This document shows, piece by piece, positions 17,639-26,117 of a stretch of 64,000 bases of DNA (the stretch's first letter is position 1; the number at the start of each line of letters is the position of its first letter). The translations under genes were made by a program, and so were the position numbers. Location of the stretch: IMG/VR virus record IMGVR_UViG_3300044796_000401; one strand, written 5' to 3'. The notes under the pieces are model-generated. The model saw only the letters and a program-made list of their open reading frames with translations, was not told the DNA's origin and ran no database searches. Source of the DNA: a virus (lineage: Duplodnaviria; Caudoviricetes).

Positions 17639-20600
17639 CTACCTCTGGGCGTGCCAATCCTGGGGAATCCGGTTCCCCTTGCTGGCAAAATATTCATTCG
17701 CATAGTCTTGCCCAATTTCCTTCCATAGTTCCTCGGGGGTGCTATGACTTTCAGCGGCAAGCTGTTGTATATAGCCTTCCTTCAGAAACGCCTGCCGGGC
17801 CTCATCCTCGTCCGTCTGCGCCTTGCTGGCGAAGTCCTCAGACGCCGGTCTGTCCTGATGCTCTCGGTCGTAATGGTCGGCCTTCCTCAACAGGGCGGCC
17901 TTTGGTTTTTTCATCGTTTCACTCGCTATGAGCGGCATGCCCGGCACCGTTTGCTGCATGAGCAAGGATTCCGGGTCGCCGTTGATGTTCGGATCGAACT
18001 GCCTATGCAATGGCTTCGAACGCGGAGGCTCGGCGTTGAGGGGCTGCTTCACCCCGTCCATGACGCCTTCCATGACATCCCTTTCGGCTTCCACATCGAC
18101 GTGCTTGCGGAACTGTTCGCGAGGCGGCTTGAATTTCGGGGCGTCGTGGAACTCCACGGCGGCCCTCTTGCCGCCGATGTAAGACTCGATCTGTCCCGGC
18201 GCGAGGTTGAGTTGCTCCCGCAGCAACTCGATCTTCTGCTGCATCGGGCGGGCGGACTTGGCGAACCATCCCGTATCCTCTGTGGTGCCGAGCTTGTGCA
18301 GCGCCCATTTCATGGGATGGAAATCTATGCTCATCGCCAAGGAGGCGGACTTGAGGGCGGATTCCCGGTCCTCGACTCCGACCGCTATCCGCGCTTCCTC
18401 AACGACTGATTCTTCTTCCTGAGCGGCGGCTTTCTGCTCTTCTTCGTCCTCTTCGGGGTCCGGCACTGGCTGGTTGGGCGTGCCGCCGAGCGGAGCGCCC
18501 GCGCCGTAGAACTCCGTACCGGCGCTTGCCGGATTGTCCAAGGGCACATCCATCCCGTAGGCTTTCGTGGAGGCCGTCTTCTCTTCCCGCAGAGCGTCTA
18601 GGAATTCGTCTTTTTCCCCGGTCAGCAATTGCAACGCCTCTTTCGAGGATGTTTTTTGGGGCGGCTTGTGCAAGATATCCCAAAGGGTCTCATACTCTTT
18701 TTCATATGTTTTTCCCTTGAGCAAATCACGGGGAAATTGGTTGTTCCTGATTAGTGTCTGGGCATCCACCTTGTCTTTTTGACGGCTTTGCGGCAGCCCC
18801 ATGTCCACGCCGCCGAAGAAGCCGCCAATTTTCATGTCAATCAATGTCGCCGCATCGCAATACACGGGGGTCGTGTTGACGCTCGCCGGGGTGGGGAGGG
18901 GAACTTTATTGAACCCCGCTTTTCGCCCCTCTTGCATCGGTTGTATGAGTTCGCTGTTTTCCGGGTCCAGCAGATGTTCTTCGTCTTCGTCCGCCTGATA
19001 GCCGTTCTTGATGAGTACGAACCAAGCCTTTTTGGCGTCGGATACCGAAAGGTCGATGTCAAGCGTATTGCGGGCATACCCGTATTCTTGGAGCGCCACG
19101 CCGCCGATCACCAGCGACCCTATTCCGCTTTCCCCCAGTATTTTCACGGCCTTTTTCAGGGCTTGTTCTTTGTTTCCTGAGGCTTTTCGTATCGCCACAG
19201 CCTCTTTGTGGTTGTAGCCGGGATCGCTTACCTTGGCGATGCGATTGACCAGCTTGTTTTGTTGTTCGGGGGCGAGTTGATTCCACGAAGCGTGAAACGG
19301 GAAATTCCAGTCCAAAGACGCCTTCATCCAGCCCACCCGGTTGTCAATGTTAAGCTGATTCCACTGAGCAGCAATTTTAGGAATGCTTTCCCGCTCGGTT
19401 TCATTCACAAAATTCTTGCTGAGTACGGCTCCGGTCTTCCGTTCCTTTCGGGCCTCCTCTTCCTGTTCGTCCTTCTCATCATCCGAATCCCACTCGGAGC
19501 AGCAGGCGTCGCCGACCACGTGCGTTCTCCAGAACGAGCACCAAAGCCCACGTCCCTCAGGATCGGAAGCTTTGGCTTCTGCCCCGTACTCGCAACGCTT
19601 GCACCCGAATCCGCCCTCGTGCTCGCCATACTTCGCCTCTTCCTTGGTGAACTTCTCATCCATCGAGGGAGCGGTCTCGGGCTTGATCCCGAGGTGGTAC
19701 AGGCGGCAACCGCCCGTGTCGAAGCTGATCGGCCCTTCGACGCGCATGCAATCTGATTCATCCCTCCTCATATCGCAATCCCGGCATAAATACAGCCCTT
19801 TAGGATCGTACGGTTTGATATCCGCGGTGTTGTCCTTTTCCTCGGCGTACTGTGCCCACTGCTTCATCTCCTCGCGGACGTGCGCCTCGTGCTCGAAGTC
19901 GTATTCGCCGGGATCGGGCGCGTTGGCGTGGGCTTGCTTTTCCAAAACGCTTCCTCTTTTTGCGAAATCCGCGTCCGACCGACCGATTTCTTCACGCACA
20001 GCCTCCGGCGTGAGCAAAGACTCTTTCAACGCCAATGTGCCGTGCGTGGCCGGGCTGTTGAACCAAACCATATTCTCCATCGTGCCCGCATACAGGCCCC
20101 CGCCTTCCGCCACGATTTGTTTGTACCGTTCCTCTTTCTCCGTAGTGCCCTTGGGGTCTTTTTTCTCCCCCCCGTCAACAGCCCCCACGCTCGGGAGACC
20201 GAATCGCACACGAGCATCGTTAAGGCGCTCACGCACCTTTTCGTCACTAAACTCGTTCACAAACAAACCAAACTGGGTACCGCTGACCGGATCGTTGTAG
20301 ATGATGTACTGATTGTCAGCCGTGCCGGGAGTCTTGGTCGCGCCCTTGTAGTCCACGCCGTACCTTTCAGCGGCGGCGCGAAACGGCGTCTCATCAATGT
20401 CACTCACGACTTTCTTGGCGATGCGAGCCGGACGTTCCACGGATGCCCTGACCATCTCGTATTCCGGCAGGCTTCTCTTGAAGAACTCGTGCTCTTCCCT
20501 CTCCACCTCGACCGGACGCATGGCGGGGTCGCTTTCCTTGAAGAACGCGGCGTCTTCCTTGCCCTCGGGCGGCTCCAATTTGGGATGGGGCTCCACGACT

Positions 20601-20815
20601 TCGGCCGAGTAATGCAAGTCCTGAGGCGGGATGCTGACATCGAGACCCTCTTCAGGCTCCGTGGTATTGCGCCCGGCGTAGTCCTTGCCGTTCTGGGTCG
20701 TGAAATCCGGGTCCGAGTGGTGTTGGTGGGTGGCGTACTCGGGGTCTGCGTACATCTCCAGCAGGGCGTCTAACGCCTTCTTTTTGAGCAAACCAGATTT
20801 GGAGTTGGAAGCCAT
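17639..20815 (-). CDS. Large modular head-associated protein (about 1058 aa, start MASNSK at 20815) with Cys-rich domains and a nucleotidyltransferase-like domain
   Basis: Switch to GC3-rich codons at ATG 20815; VIGGVALQEYGYARNTLDIDL...KDKVD motif; CxxC clusters; many K-x-A motifs. Confidence 0.72.
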   Translation of the reverse strand: MASNSKSGLLKKKALDALLEMYADPEYATHQHHSDPDFTTQNGKDYAGRNTTEPEEGLDVSIPPQDLHYSAEVVEPHPKLEPPEGKEDAAFFKESDPAMRPVEVEREEHEFFKRSLPEYEMVRASVERPARIAKKVVSDIDETPFRAAAERYGVDYKGATKTPGTADNQYIIYNDPVSGTQFGLFVNEFSDEKVRERLNDARVRFGLPSVGAVDGGEKKDPKGTTEKEERYKQIVAEGGGLYAGTMENMVWFNSPATHGTLALKESLLTPEAVREEIGRSDADFAKRGSVLEKQAHANAPDPGEYDFEHEAHVREEMKQWAQYAEEKDNTADIKPYDPKGLYLCRDCDMRRDESDCMRVEGPISFDTGGCRLYHLGIKPETAPSMDEKFTKEEAKYGEHEGGFGCKRCEYGAEAKASDPEGRGLWCSFWRTHVVGDACCSEWDSDDEKDEQEEEARKERKTGAVLSKNFVNETERESIPKIAAQWNQLNIDNRVGWMKASLDWNFPFHASWNQLAPEQQNKLVNRIAKVSDPGYNHKEAVAIRKASGNKEQALKKAVKILGESGIGSLVIGGVALQEYGYARNTLDIDLSVSDAKKAWFVLIKNGYQADEDEEHLLDPENSELIQPMQEGRKAGFNKVPLPTPASVNTTPVYCDAATLIDMKIGGFFGGVDMGLPQSRQKDKVDAQTLIRNNQFPRDLLKGKTYEKEYETLWDILHKPPQKTSSKEALQLLTGEKDEFLDALREEKTASTKAYGMDVPLDNPASAGTEFYGAGAPLGGTPNQPVPDPEEDEEEQKAAAQEEESVVEEARIAVGVEDRESALKSASLAMSIDFHPMKWALHKLGTTEDTGWFAKSARPMQQKIELLREQLNLAPGQIESYIGGKRAAVEFHDAPKFKPPREQFRKHVDVEAERDVMEGVMDGVKQPLNAEPPRSKPLHRQFDPNINGDPESLLMQQTVPGMPLIASETMKKPKAALLRKADHYDREHQDRPASEDFASKAQTDEDEARQAFLKEGYIQQLAAESHSTPEELWKEIGQDYANEYFASKGNRIPQDWHAQR

Positions 20816-20892
20816 CCTAATAAGAGAACAAAAAGTTGTGAAAGCACAAATTGCAACTTTCCAGTATCTAAGTAGGAAGGAAAATTGTTGCA

Positions 20893-21492
20893 ATGAACTG
20901 CACCAGATGCAAAAAGGCCCACAACGAGGCCGGAAAAATGTGCCGAATATGCCTTGACTACGCGTATACACTTCGCAAAAACAAAGTAGCCGGGGGCAAA
21001 TGCCAGTGGTGCGGAAGGCCGTTGGCATCAAAGACGCTTTGCCAAAAGTGCCTTGACAAACAGACCAGTGCCCGTGAAGCAAAGATGTCTATTGGGGAAT
21101 GCACCTTTTGCGACCAAAAGGCCGTTTCGGGAGGCTCGACTTGCTTGGTCTGCCGCAGCCGAAGGCGACTCTGGAAGCATGGCATCTCGCGAGAAGACTA
21201 CAAATTCATCCTAAAGACACAGGACAACAAATGTCCTCTGTGTGGCCGGATTCTGGACGCTAACTGTAACATCGATCACGATCACCGATGTTGCCGAGGA
21301 GTGTCTGGCGGGGAACGAGGAAGAAAACCAGCGTGTGGGAAATGCATCCGCGGAATAGTCTGCTGGAAATGTAACCGATTCTTGGTCGCTTGGGGTGATT
21401 TCATGCTCCAGCAGCCCAACGGGGAAGAACTGTTACGGGATAGCTACCCGGCCCTGCTTCATTATCTGAATTCAAAGCTCTTCAAGAAGTAG
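20893..21492 (+). CDS. Endonuclease VII-like (HNH) protein with N-terminal Cys repeats
   Basis: QDNKCPLCG...IDHDH..C...CGKCIRGIVCWKCN. Confidence 0.75.
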   Translation: MNCTRCKKAHNEAGKMCRICLDYAYTLRKNKVAGGKCQWCGRPLASKTLCQKCLDKQTSAREAKMSIGECTFCDQKAVSGGSTCLVCRSRRRLWKHGISREDYKFILKTQDNKCPLCGRILDANCNIDHDHRCCRGVSGGERGRKPACGKCIRGIVCWKCNRFLVAWGDFMLQQPNGEELLRDSYPALLHYLNSKLFKK

Positions 21493-21533
21493 CCAAAACC
21501 CCCCAACCGCTGTATACTGGGGGCGGAGGAACA

Positions 21534-22157
21534 ATGGGCGATATATTAAAGGAACAGGCGGTGAGAGAGTTAGAAACTGATGGGTGGGAAGTTCTAACTA
21601 CAGGATTCCCCGATGTGATTGCTCGGAAAACTAGAGATGGTAAACCTACGTTTTTCACCCGAGAGATGAAAAATCTCAGCACAGGGGACCGTCCCAGTAA
21701 AGAACAACTAAAAATGGCGGCGTGGCTTAACGAATTGGGAATACGCCATGAGATTACTTACAGCCATCCCTTAGTAAATGAAGATACTGATGGCACAGAA
21801 CCCGAAACTCGTGTTATCTGTGAACCGGGGGAACTGCCCCGAGTTATTCGTGCCAAATTGGCACCCGGTTTCTACGGATACACCACACAAGACGGAGCAT
21901 CTCTTCGAATTCGTATTGATGAAAACGGTACAACGCTCTTAAAGAACAGCATTTTGCGCAAACAAGAGACAGAAAATCTACAGGACAGACGCCCGCTAAT
22001 CGTTGCACAGCGAGATGAATGGATAAAGAATGGTGTCTTAACTGCCGAAGGTTCTTTTCTTCGACTTGTACAGGATGTAAACGTCACCAGTCCGACTCGG
22101 GCAGCTTGTATAGGACTCGGTGCTTTTAGAAGCAGTACTGTATGGAAACCAGAATAA
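21534..22157 (+). CDS. PD-(D/E)xK/VRR-NUC-like nuclease fused to a DUF4357-like domain
   Basis: GFPDVIARK...REMK...S.EQ.K motif; C-terminal LKNS...LVQDVNVTSPTRAAC.GLG...TVWK. Confidence 0.6.
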   Translation: MGDILKEQAVRELETDGWEVLTTGFPDVIARKTRDGKPTFFTREMKNLSTGDRPSKEQLKMAAWLNELGIRHEITYSHPLVNEDTDGTEPETRVICEPGELPRVIRAKLAPGFYGYTTQDGASLRIRIDENGTTLLKNSILRKQETENLQDRRPLIVAQRDEWIKNGVLTAEGSFLRLVQDVNVTSPTRAACIGLGAFRSSTVWKPE

Positions 22158-22237
22158 ATTATGGGGTTCTCTTGGGGGTAGCCCCTCCCCACCGCTCTAT
22201 GGTATACTGTGAGTAAAGCATCTACCAAGGAGGAAGC

Positions 22238-22447
22238 GTGAGACTCTGTGAATGCAATCCCGACATGACGCAATGTCCCAACGCGGGTGAATATCCTGTC
22301 ATTTTTGAAGTTTACGAGGACGTGAAGCGGGTCAACTGGGTATGCAAGGACCATTACGGTGTTTTGATCGAGTTCAAACTGGCGAAGGATGCGCCAGACA
22401 GTTTGGTTAACCAGGTTGAGTGCCCAGAAGCAAACCATAAAGCTTGA
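22238..22447 (+). CDS. Small hypothetical protein
   Basis: GTG start with strong AGGAGG RBS. Confidence 0.55.
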   Translation: MRLCECNPDMTQCPNAGEYPVIFEVYEDVKRVNWVCKDHYGVLIEFKLAKDAPDSLVNQVECPEANHKA

Positions 22448-22543
22448 AGGACGGTCCATAGCTAATTTCCAAAACAAGAAGCCACACAACACAGTATTAG
22501 ACAGGGAGGGCAGTACGCCCTCCCCTTTTCATTTGGAGAGCCC

Positions 22544-22801
22544 GTGCCAACCTACACCATACCCACCCCCGGTATCTTGGATTATGTTGAAATCCCGCTT
22601 TCAAACGGCAAAACCGCATGGTACAAGCCACTGCATGCTGGACCACCGTACAACTCCGTGGTGACCGTCCTCGTTGACGGCGACAAGATAGCCGTGACGG
22701 ATGACCACGGGACCGCGTTTGCGGAAGTGGAAATAAAAAAGCCCCGGTCTGTTAAACCGAGGCTTTCTGCTGGTTCCGTGGGGACCTATTACTGGGAGTA
22801 G
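22544..22801 (+). CDS. Small hypothetical protein
   Basis: GTG with GGAG RBS and an upstream CAGTATTA motif; 13-nt convergent overlap with the tail tube gene. Confidence 0.45.
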   Translation: MPTYTIPTPGILDYVEIPLSNGKTAWYKPLHAGPPYNSVVTVLVDGDKIAVTDDHGTAFAEVEIKKPRSVKPRLSAGSVGTYYWE

Positions 22802-23475
22802 AGGAGCGAGCGACCTGTCTCGTCGCCGGTGTTCAATCCGGCGTCGAGGAACTCGCCGTAGATCGAGCCGCTCACGTCGAAGATGTCCGTGACCTGCACG
22901 CTGCAATCTTCCTGGACGGCCGCCGTGTCCACGGTGTAGGCCGTGTTGTACGATTCCATCCAGCATCCCTCGTATACTGTTGCCACGGCTAGGAGGCCGG
23001 GGTTGCCGAGGTTGTTCAAGCCGCCCTCGTTCGGGACATCCGCTGGCGTCGCGTATTCCTGGGCCGGATCGCCTGCGTAGCCGCCGGGGTCTTCCGTCGC
23101 AAGCTGGCTGAACACGATCTCGGTCTTGATGTCGAAGGGCCAGCGGTGGTGCTTGAGCGAGCGCACCGCGCCGCTCGTGCCCGCCTTGTAGCCAAGCACC
23201 TGCATGAGGTTCGCGAGGTAGAGCGCCGTGCGGGTGATCGCCAGCGTTGTCGGGGCGGTGACGCCGGGCACGAGTTCGGCCACCTGGTCGCCGTAGCCCA
23301 GACCGCGGATCGCGTCGAGGGGTTTGGTTTCTGAGATTGTGAATGACGAGGTCACGCCCAACTTGATAAACCGTCCCACGTCAACCAGATCGGTGAAAAT
23401 CTTGAATCGACTGGAGATAACGGTCTCGGTGTTGGGGCTTGTGCCTTGCCGATATACGTAGCCGCCTTGTGCCAT
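22789..23475 (-). CDS. Tail tube protein
   Basis: 228 aa downstream of the sheath; IRGLGYGDQVAELVPG and HHRWPFDI...YEGCWMESY..Y motifs typical of myovirus tube proteins. Confidence 0.75.
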   Translation of the reverse strand: MAQGGYVYRQGTSPNTETVISSRFKIFTDLVDVGRFIKLGVTSSFTISETKPLDAIRGLGYGDQVAELVPGVTAPTTLAITRTALYLANLMQVLGYKAGTSGAVRSLKHHRWPFDIKTEIVFSQLATEDPGGYAGDPAQEYATPADVPNEGGLNNLGNPGLLAVATVYEGCWMESYNTAYTVDTAAVQEDCSVQVTDIFDVSGSIYGEFLDAGLNTGDETGRSLLYSQ

Positions 23476-23545
23476 AGTCTGTTCCTCTGCCCCTTGCGGG
23501 GTCTTCTGTACTAAAAGCCGATATTCGCCAAACTGAGTTTGGCTG

Positions 23546-25222
23546 TTACTCCGAGGCCGCTATCGCCAGACCGAGGAACGAGCTTTTCTTGCCCTTGTTC
23601 TCTGCCTTGATCTTGGCTGCCGCTTCTTCGGATTCCACCTGCGCCTGCTGCTTGCTCAGGACTTTCGTGGCCTCGTTGAACAGGTCAGCCGCACGGAAAA
23701 TCGCCTCTACCGCCTCGCGCACGGGACGAGTGTCGTTCACGTTCGTGAGCGGCTTCGCCTCAAGGTATATGCGCTTCAAGTCCGCACCCAGCTTCTCGGA
23801 CTCCTTGACCGCCTTACCGATGGTCATTTCAGCCGCTTGCTTGTTGAGCGTAATGGGTGCGGTTGTCGCCGGACGGTCGATCCCAGTCTTATCTTCGAGC
23901 TTGGAGTGCGCCTCGCCAATTTCCGGAGTGCGCCCGCCATCTTCCGTCACTTCGATTGGCTTGCCGCCGCCGATAAACCATGAGCCGCCCTGCGCGTTGG
24001 CGATCTTGTCCAGCGCCGCGAACGCTTCCTTCAGGCTGCCTTCCTTCTCGTTGTGAATCTTCCATGCCGTAGCGTAGGCCTTGTCTTTCTCGCCGGGGTA
24101 CTGACCCTTGAGCTTGCGCATCAACTCTTCGCTGATGCCCGGAGGCGTAACGGCAACCTTTTCCGTGGATGCAACGATAGGCTCCTCTTCCGGAGCGGCG
24201 GTCGCCAAGCCGCCGAGGCTCACCTGCGCTTGGGCGGGATTGTCAGCGGCTTTCTTCTTGGCTGACGCCACGGGTGCGGGAATCGGAGCCGGAGCGGGTG
24301 CCGCTGCTGGCGCCGCGGCCGCGGGTGCCGCCTTGGGCTCTTCCTGCTCAATCGGGCGGGTCTTCAGTTCACGTGTCATAACTTCAACAAGAGCCTGACC
24401 CTGCTTGTCTTCCTCGAACGATTTGCAACCCACGGCTGCCTTGATCAATTCCGACAAAGCTTCGGTGCCAAGGAGCTTGACATCGAACGTGCCTTCTTCC
24501 GGAATCGGAGCGGCGGCTGGCGCTGGCGGAGTCACCGGGGCTATCGGGGTGGCGGCTGGCTTCTGCGCTTTCTTGTCCTTGGCTGCCAAGCGGGGCACTT
24601 CCACCTTCTCGGGTGCCTTGGCTACGCCCTTCTCGTCGCGGTCCGTGGAAAACGCCGCGCCGCCGTCGGCTTTCTTGCTCGGAACCGCACGGCATCCGCA
24701 ATGTGAACAAGTATGAGCGCGGCTCGGCTTTGCCGTCTCATCGTGACAATAGCAGGTCTTTTCCTCGCAGCCACTACGGTCCCATTTGTACGTCGTATCG
24801 GCCTTCTTCGCCGACGCCATGGGCGCGGGCATCTGCGCCCTTGCCGGAACTGCGGCTGGCTGGCCGACCGGGGCATTCTGCTGCACTTGCGATTTTCGGG
24901 AATGTGACTCCCTGCGCCATTTTGCAATCATATCTACCTCTTGTTTGACCTTGTTGGCCACGTCCGGCTTGACCGTATCGTCGAAGTACTCCTCGATGGT
25001 GCTCACGCCATCCTGCGCCATTTCCTGCGGATTCTTGTTCAAGATCGTCGATAGGAAATCCATGGAGTCCTGAAGCTGTTCCAGCCGGGGATCGTTCTCG
25101 TTTTCCGCCTTCCAGTACTCGGATAGCGTCTGGGCGTACCGGAGCGCGTCCTCGACGGTCTGCTTGGAGGCCTTGATCGTTGCCTTCTTGGCTTGCTGGC
25201 GGCGTGCTGTGAATTCCATCAT
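23546..25222 (-). CDS. K-x-A-motif-rich virion (probably internal head) protein
   Basis: 558 aa, A/P/E/K-rich, repeated KKAD/KQA/KVA/KIA motifs. Confidence 0.65.
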   Translation of the reverse strand: MMEFTARRQQAKKATIKASKQTVEDALRYAQTLSEYWKAENENDPRLEQLQDSMDFLSTILNKNPQEMAQDGVSTIEEYFDDTVKPDVANKVKQEVDMIAKWRRESHSRKSQVQQNAPVGQPAAVPARAQMPAPMASAKKADTTYKWDRSGCEEKTCYCHDETAKPSRAHTCSHCGCRAVPSKKADGGAAFSTDRDEKGVAKAPEKVEVPRLAAKDKKAQKPAATPIAPVTPPAPAAAPIPEEGTFDVKLLGTEALSELIKAAVGCKSFEEDKQGQALVEVMTRELKTRPIEQEEPKAAPAAAAPAAAPAPAPIPAPVASAKKKAADNPAQAQVSLGGLATAAPEEEPIVASTEKVAVTPPGISEELMRKLKGQYPGEKDKAYATAWKIHNEKEGSLKEAFAALDKIANAQGGSWFIGGGKPIEVTEDGGRTPEIGEAHSKLEDKTGIDRPATTAPITLNKQAAEMTIGKAVKESEKLGADLKRIYLEAKPLTNVNDTRPVREAVEAIFRAADLFNEATKVLSKQQAQVESEEAAAKIKAENKGKKSSFLGLAIAASE

Positions 25223-25668
25223 TAGACTGTCACCGGATTAATAACGGGCACAGGAGTCTGCGAGCGTAATTGCTGCATCGCTTGGGCAATACGCCCCGTA
25301 CCGGAAGCCATCAATATGCTTGCCCAAGATGTCGCCGCTTCACTGGGGTTAAGCGTCACGCAATCCAGAGGCCCCTGTATTGGTGCTGGCTGGTTCGGAT
25401 TCTGAGCTTGCGGCAGGGCTTCCATGAATCGAACAACTTGAGACGACAACTGAGTTGTCACTCCCACCCACATCTCCGTCGTAGGAAACTGAAACACAAA
25501 AGATGGATTCGACGGATCGGTGAACGAGCCAGCGATATTGACCACCGGGTCGCCAAACGCCGCAATTCTCTGCTTATCCGACATGTCGGTCTGATCCCCC
25601 ACGAAAGTTGCCTGAAGGATGACGCTAATAACACCGTTTGCTTGACTGACTATTGCGTTTACCTTCAT
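25222..25668 (-). CDS. Hypothetical structural-module protein
   Basis: TAATG overlaps with both neighbours. Confidence 0.7.
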   Translation of the reverse strand: MKVNAIVSQANGVISVILQATFVGDQTDMSDKQRIAAFGDPVVNIAGSFTDPSNPSFVFQFPTTEMWVGVTTQLSSQVVRFMEALPQAQNPNQPAPIQGPLDCVTLNPSEAATSWASILMASGTGRIAQAMQQLRSQTPVPVINPVTV

Positions 25669-26111
25669 TAGACCGTCACCGCCTCAAAATTGGTTCGATG
25701 GAATTTCAAATACTCAACAAGCTTCGCCAGCGTATCGGTATTTTCCCCAACCAAGCCTATAGCTGCGTTGCAATTGCCGCACAAAATCCCCCGCAATTTT
25801 TTCGTGTTGTGGTTATGATCAAGATGCCATCCTTGAGCATGCCGAGGCTCCGAAGACCCACATCCGGCGCATATGCGGCCTTGCTTGTCGAACATTTGCT
25901 TGCGTTCTTCCAATGTGATCCCGTAGCGCCATTTGTGCTGGCGGTCCTTTGCAAAATTTTTCGGAAGCTTGCTTGTATAAGTCTTCCGATACACCCTGCC
26001 AACTTCACTAACACACCCACGGCAATAACAATGCAGTCCGTCTCTCGCCACGTTCTTCTTTCCGAACTGTCCGGTATCTTTTTCCGCTTTGCACCTTATG
26101 CATATTTTCAT
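25668..26111 (-). CDS. Endonuclease VII-like homing endonuclease
   Basis: KWRYGITLEE...QGRICAGC...LDHNH...RGILCGNCNAAIG. Confidence 0.85.
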   Translation of the reverse strand: MKICIRCKAEKDTGQFGKKNVARDGLHCYCRGCVSEVGRVYRKTYTSKLPKNFAKDRQHKWRYGITLEERKQMFDKQGRICAGCGSSEPRHAQGWHLDHNHNTKKLRGILCGNCNAAIGLVGENTDTLAKLVEYLKFHRTNFEAVTV

Positions 26112-26117
26112 TTAAGC

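Noticed and set aside
17639-21082. Track start at 21082 for the large head protein
   Set aside because: The first 89 codons overlap the divergent plus-strand gene and its intergenic motif; codon usage changes at ATG 20815.
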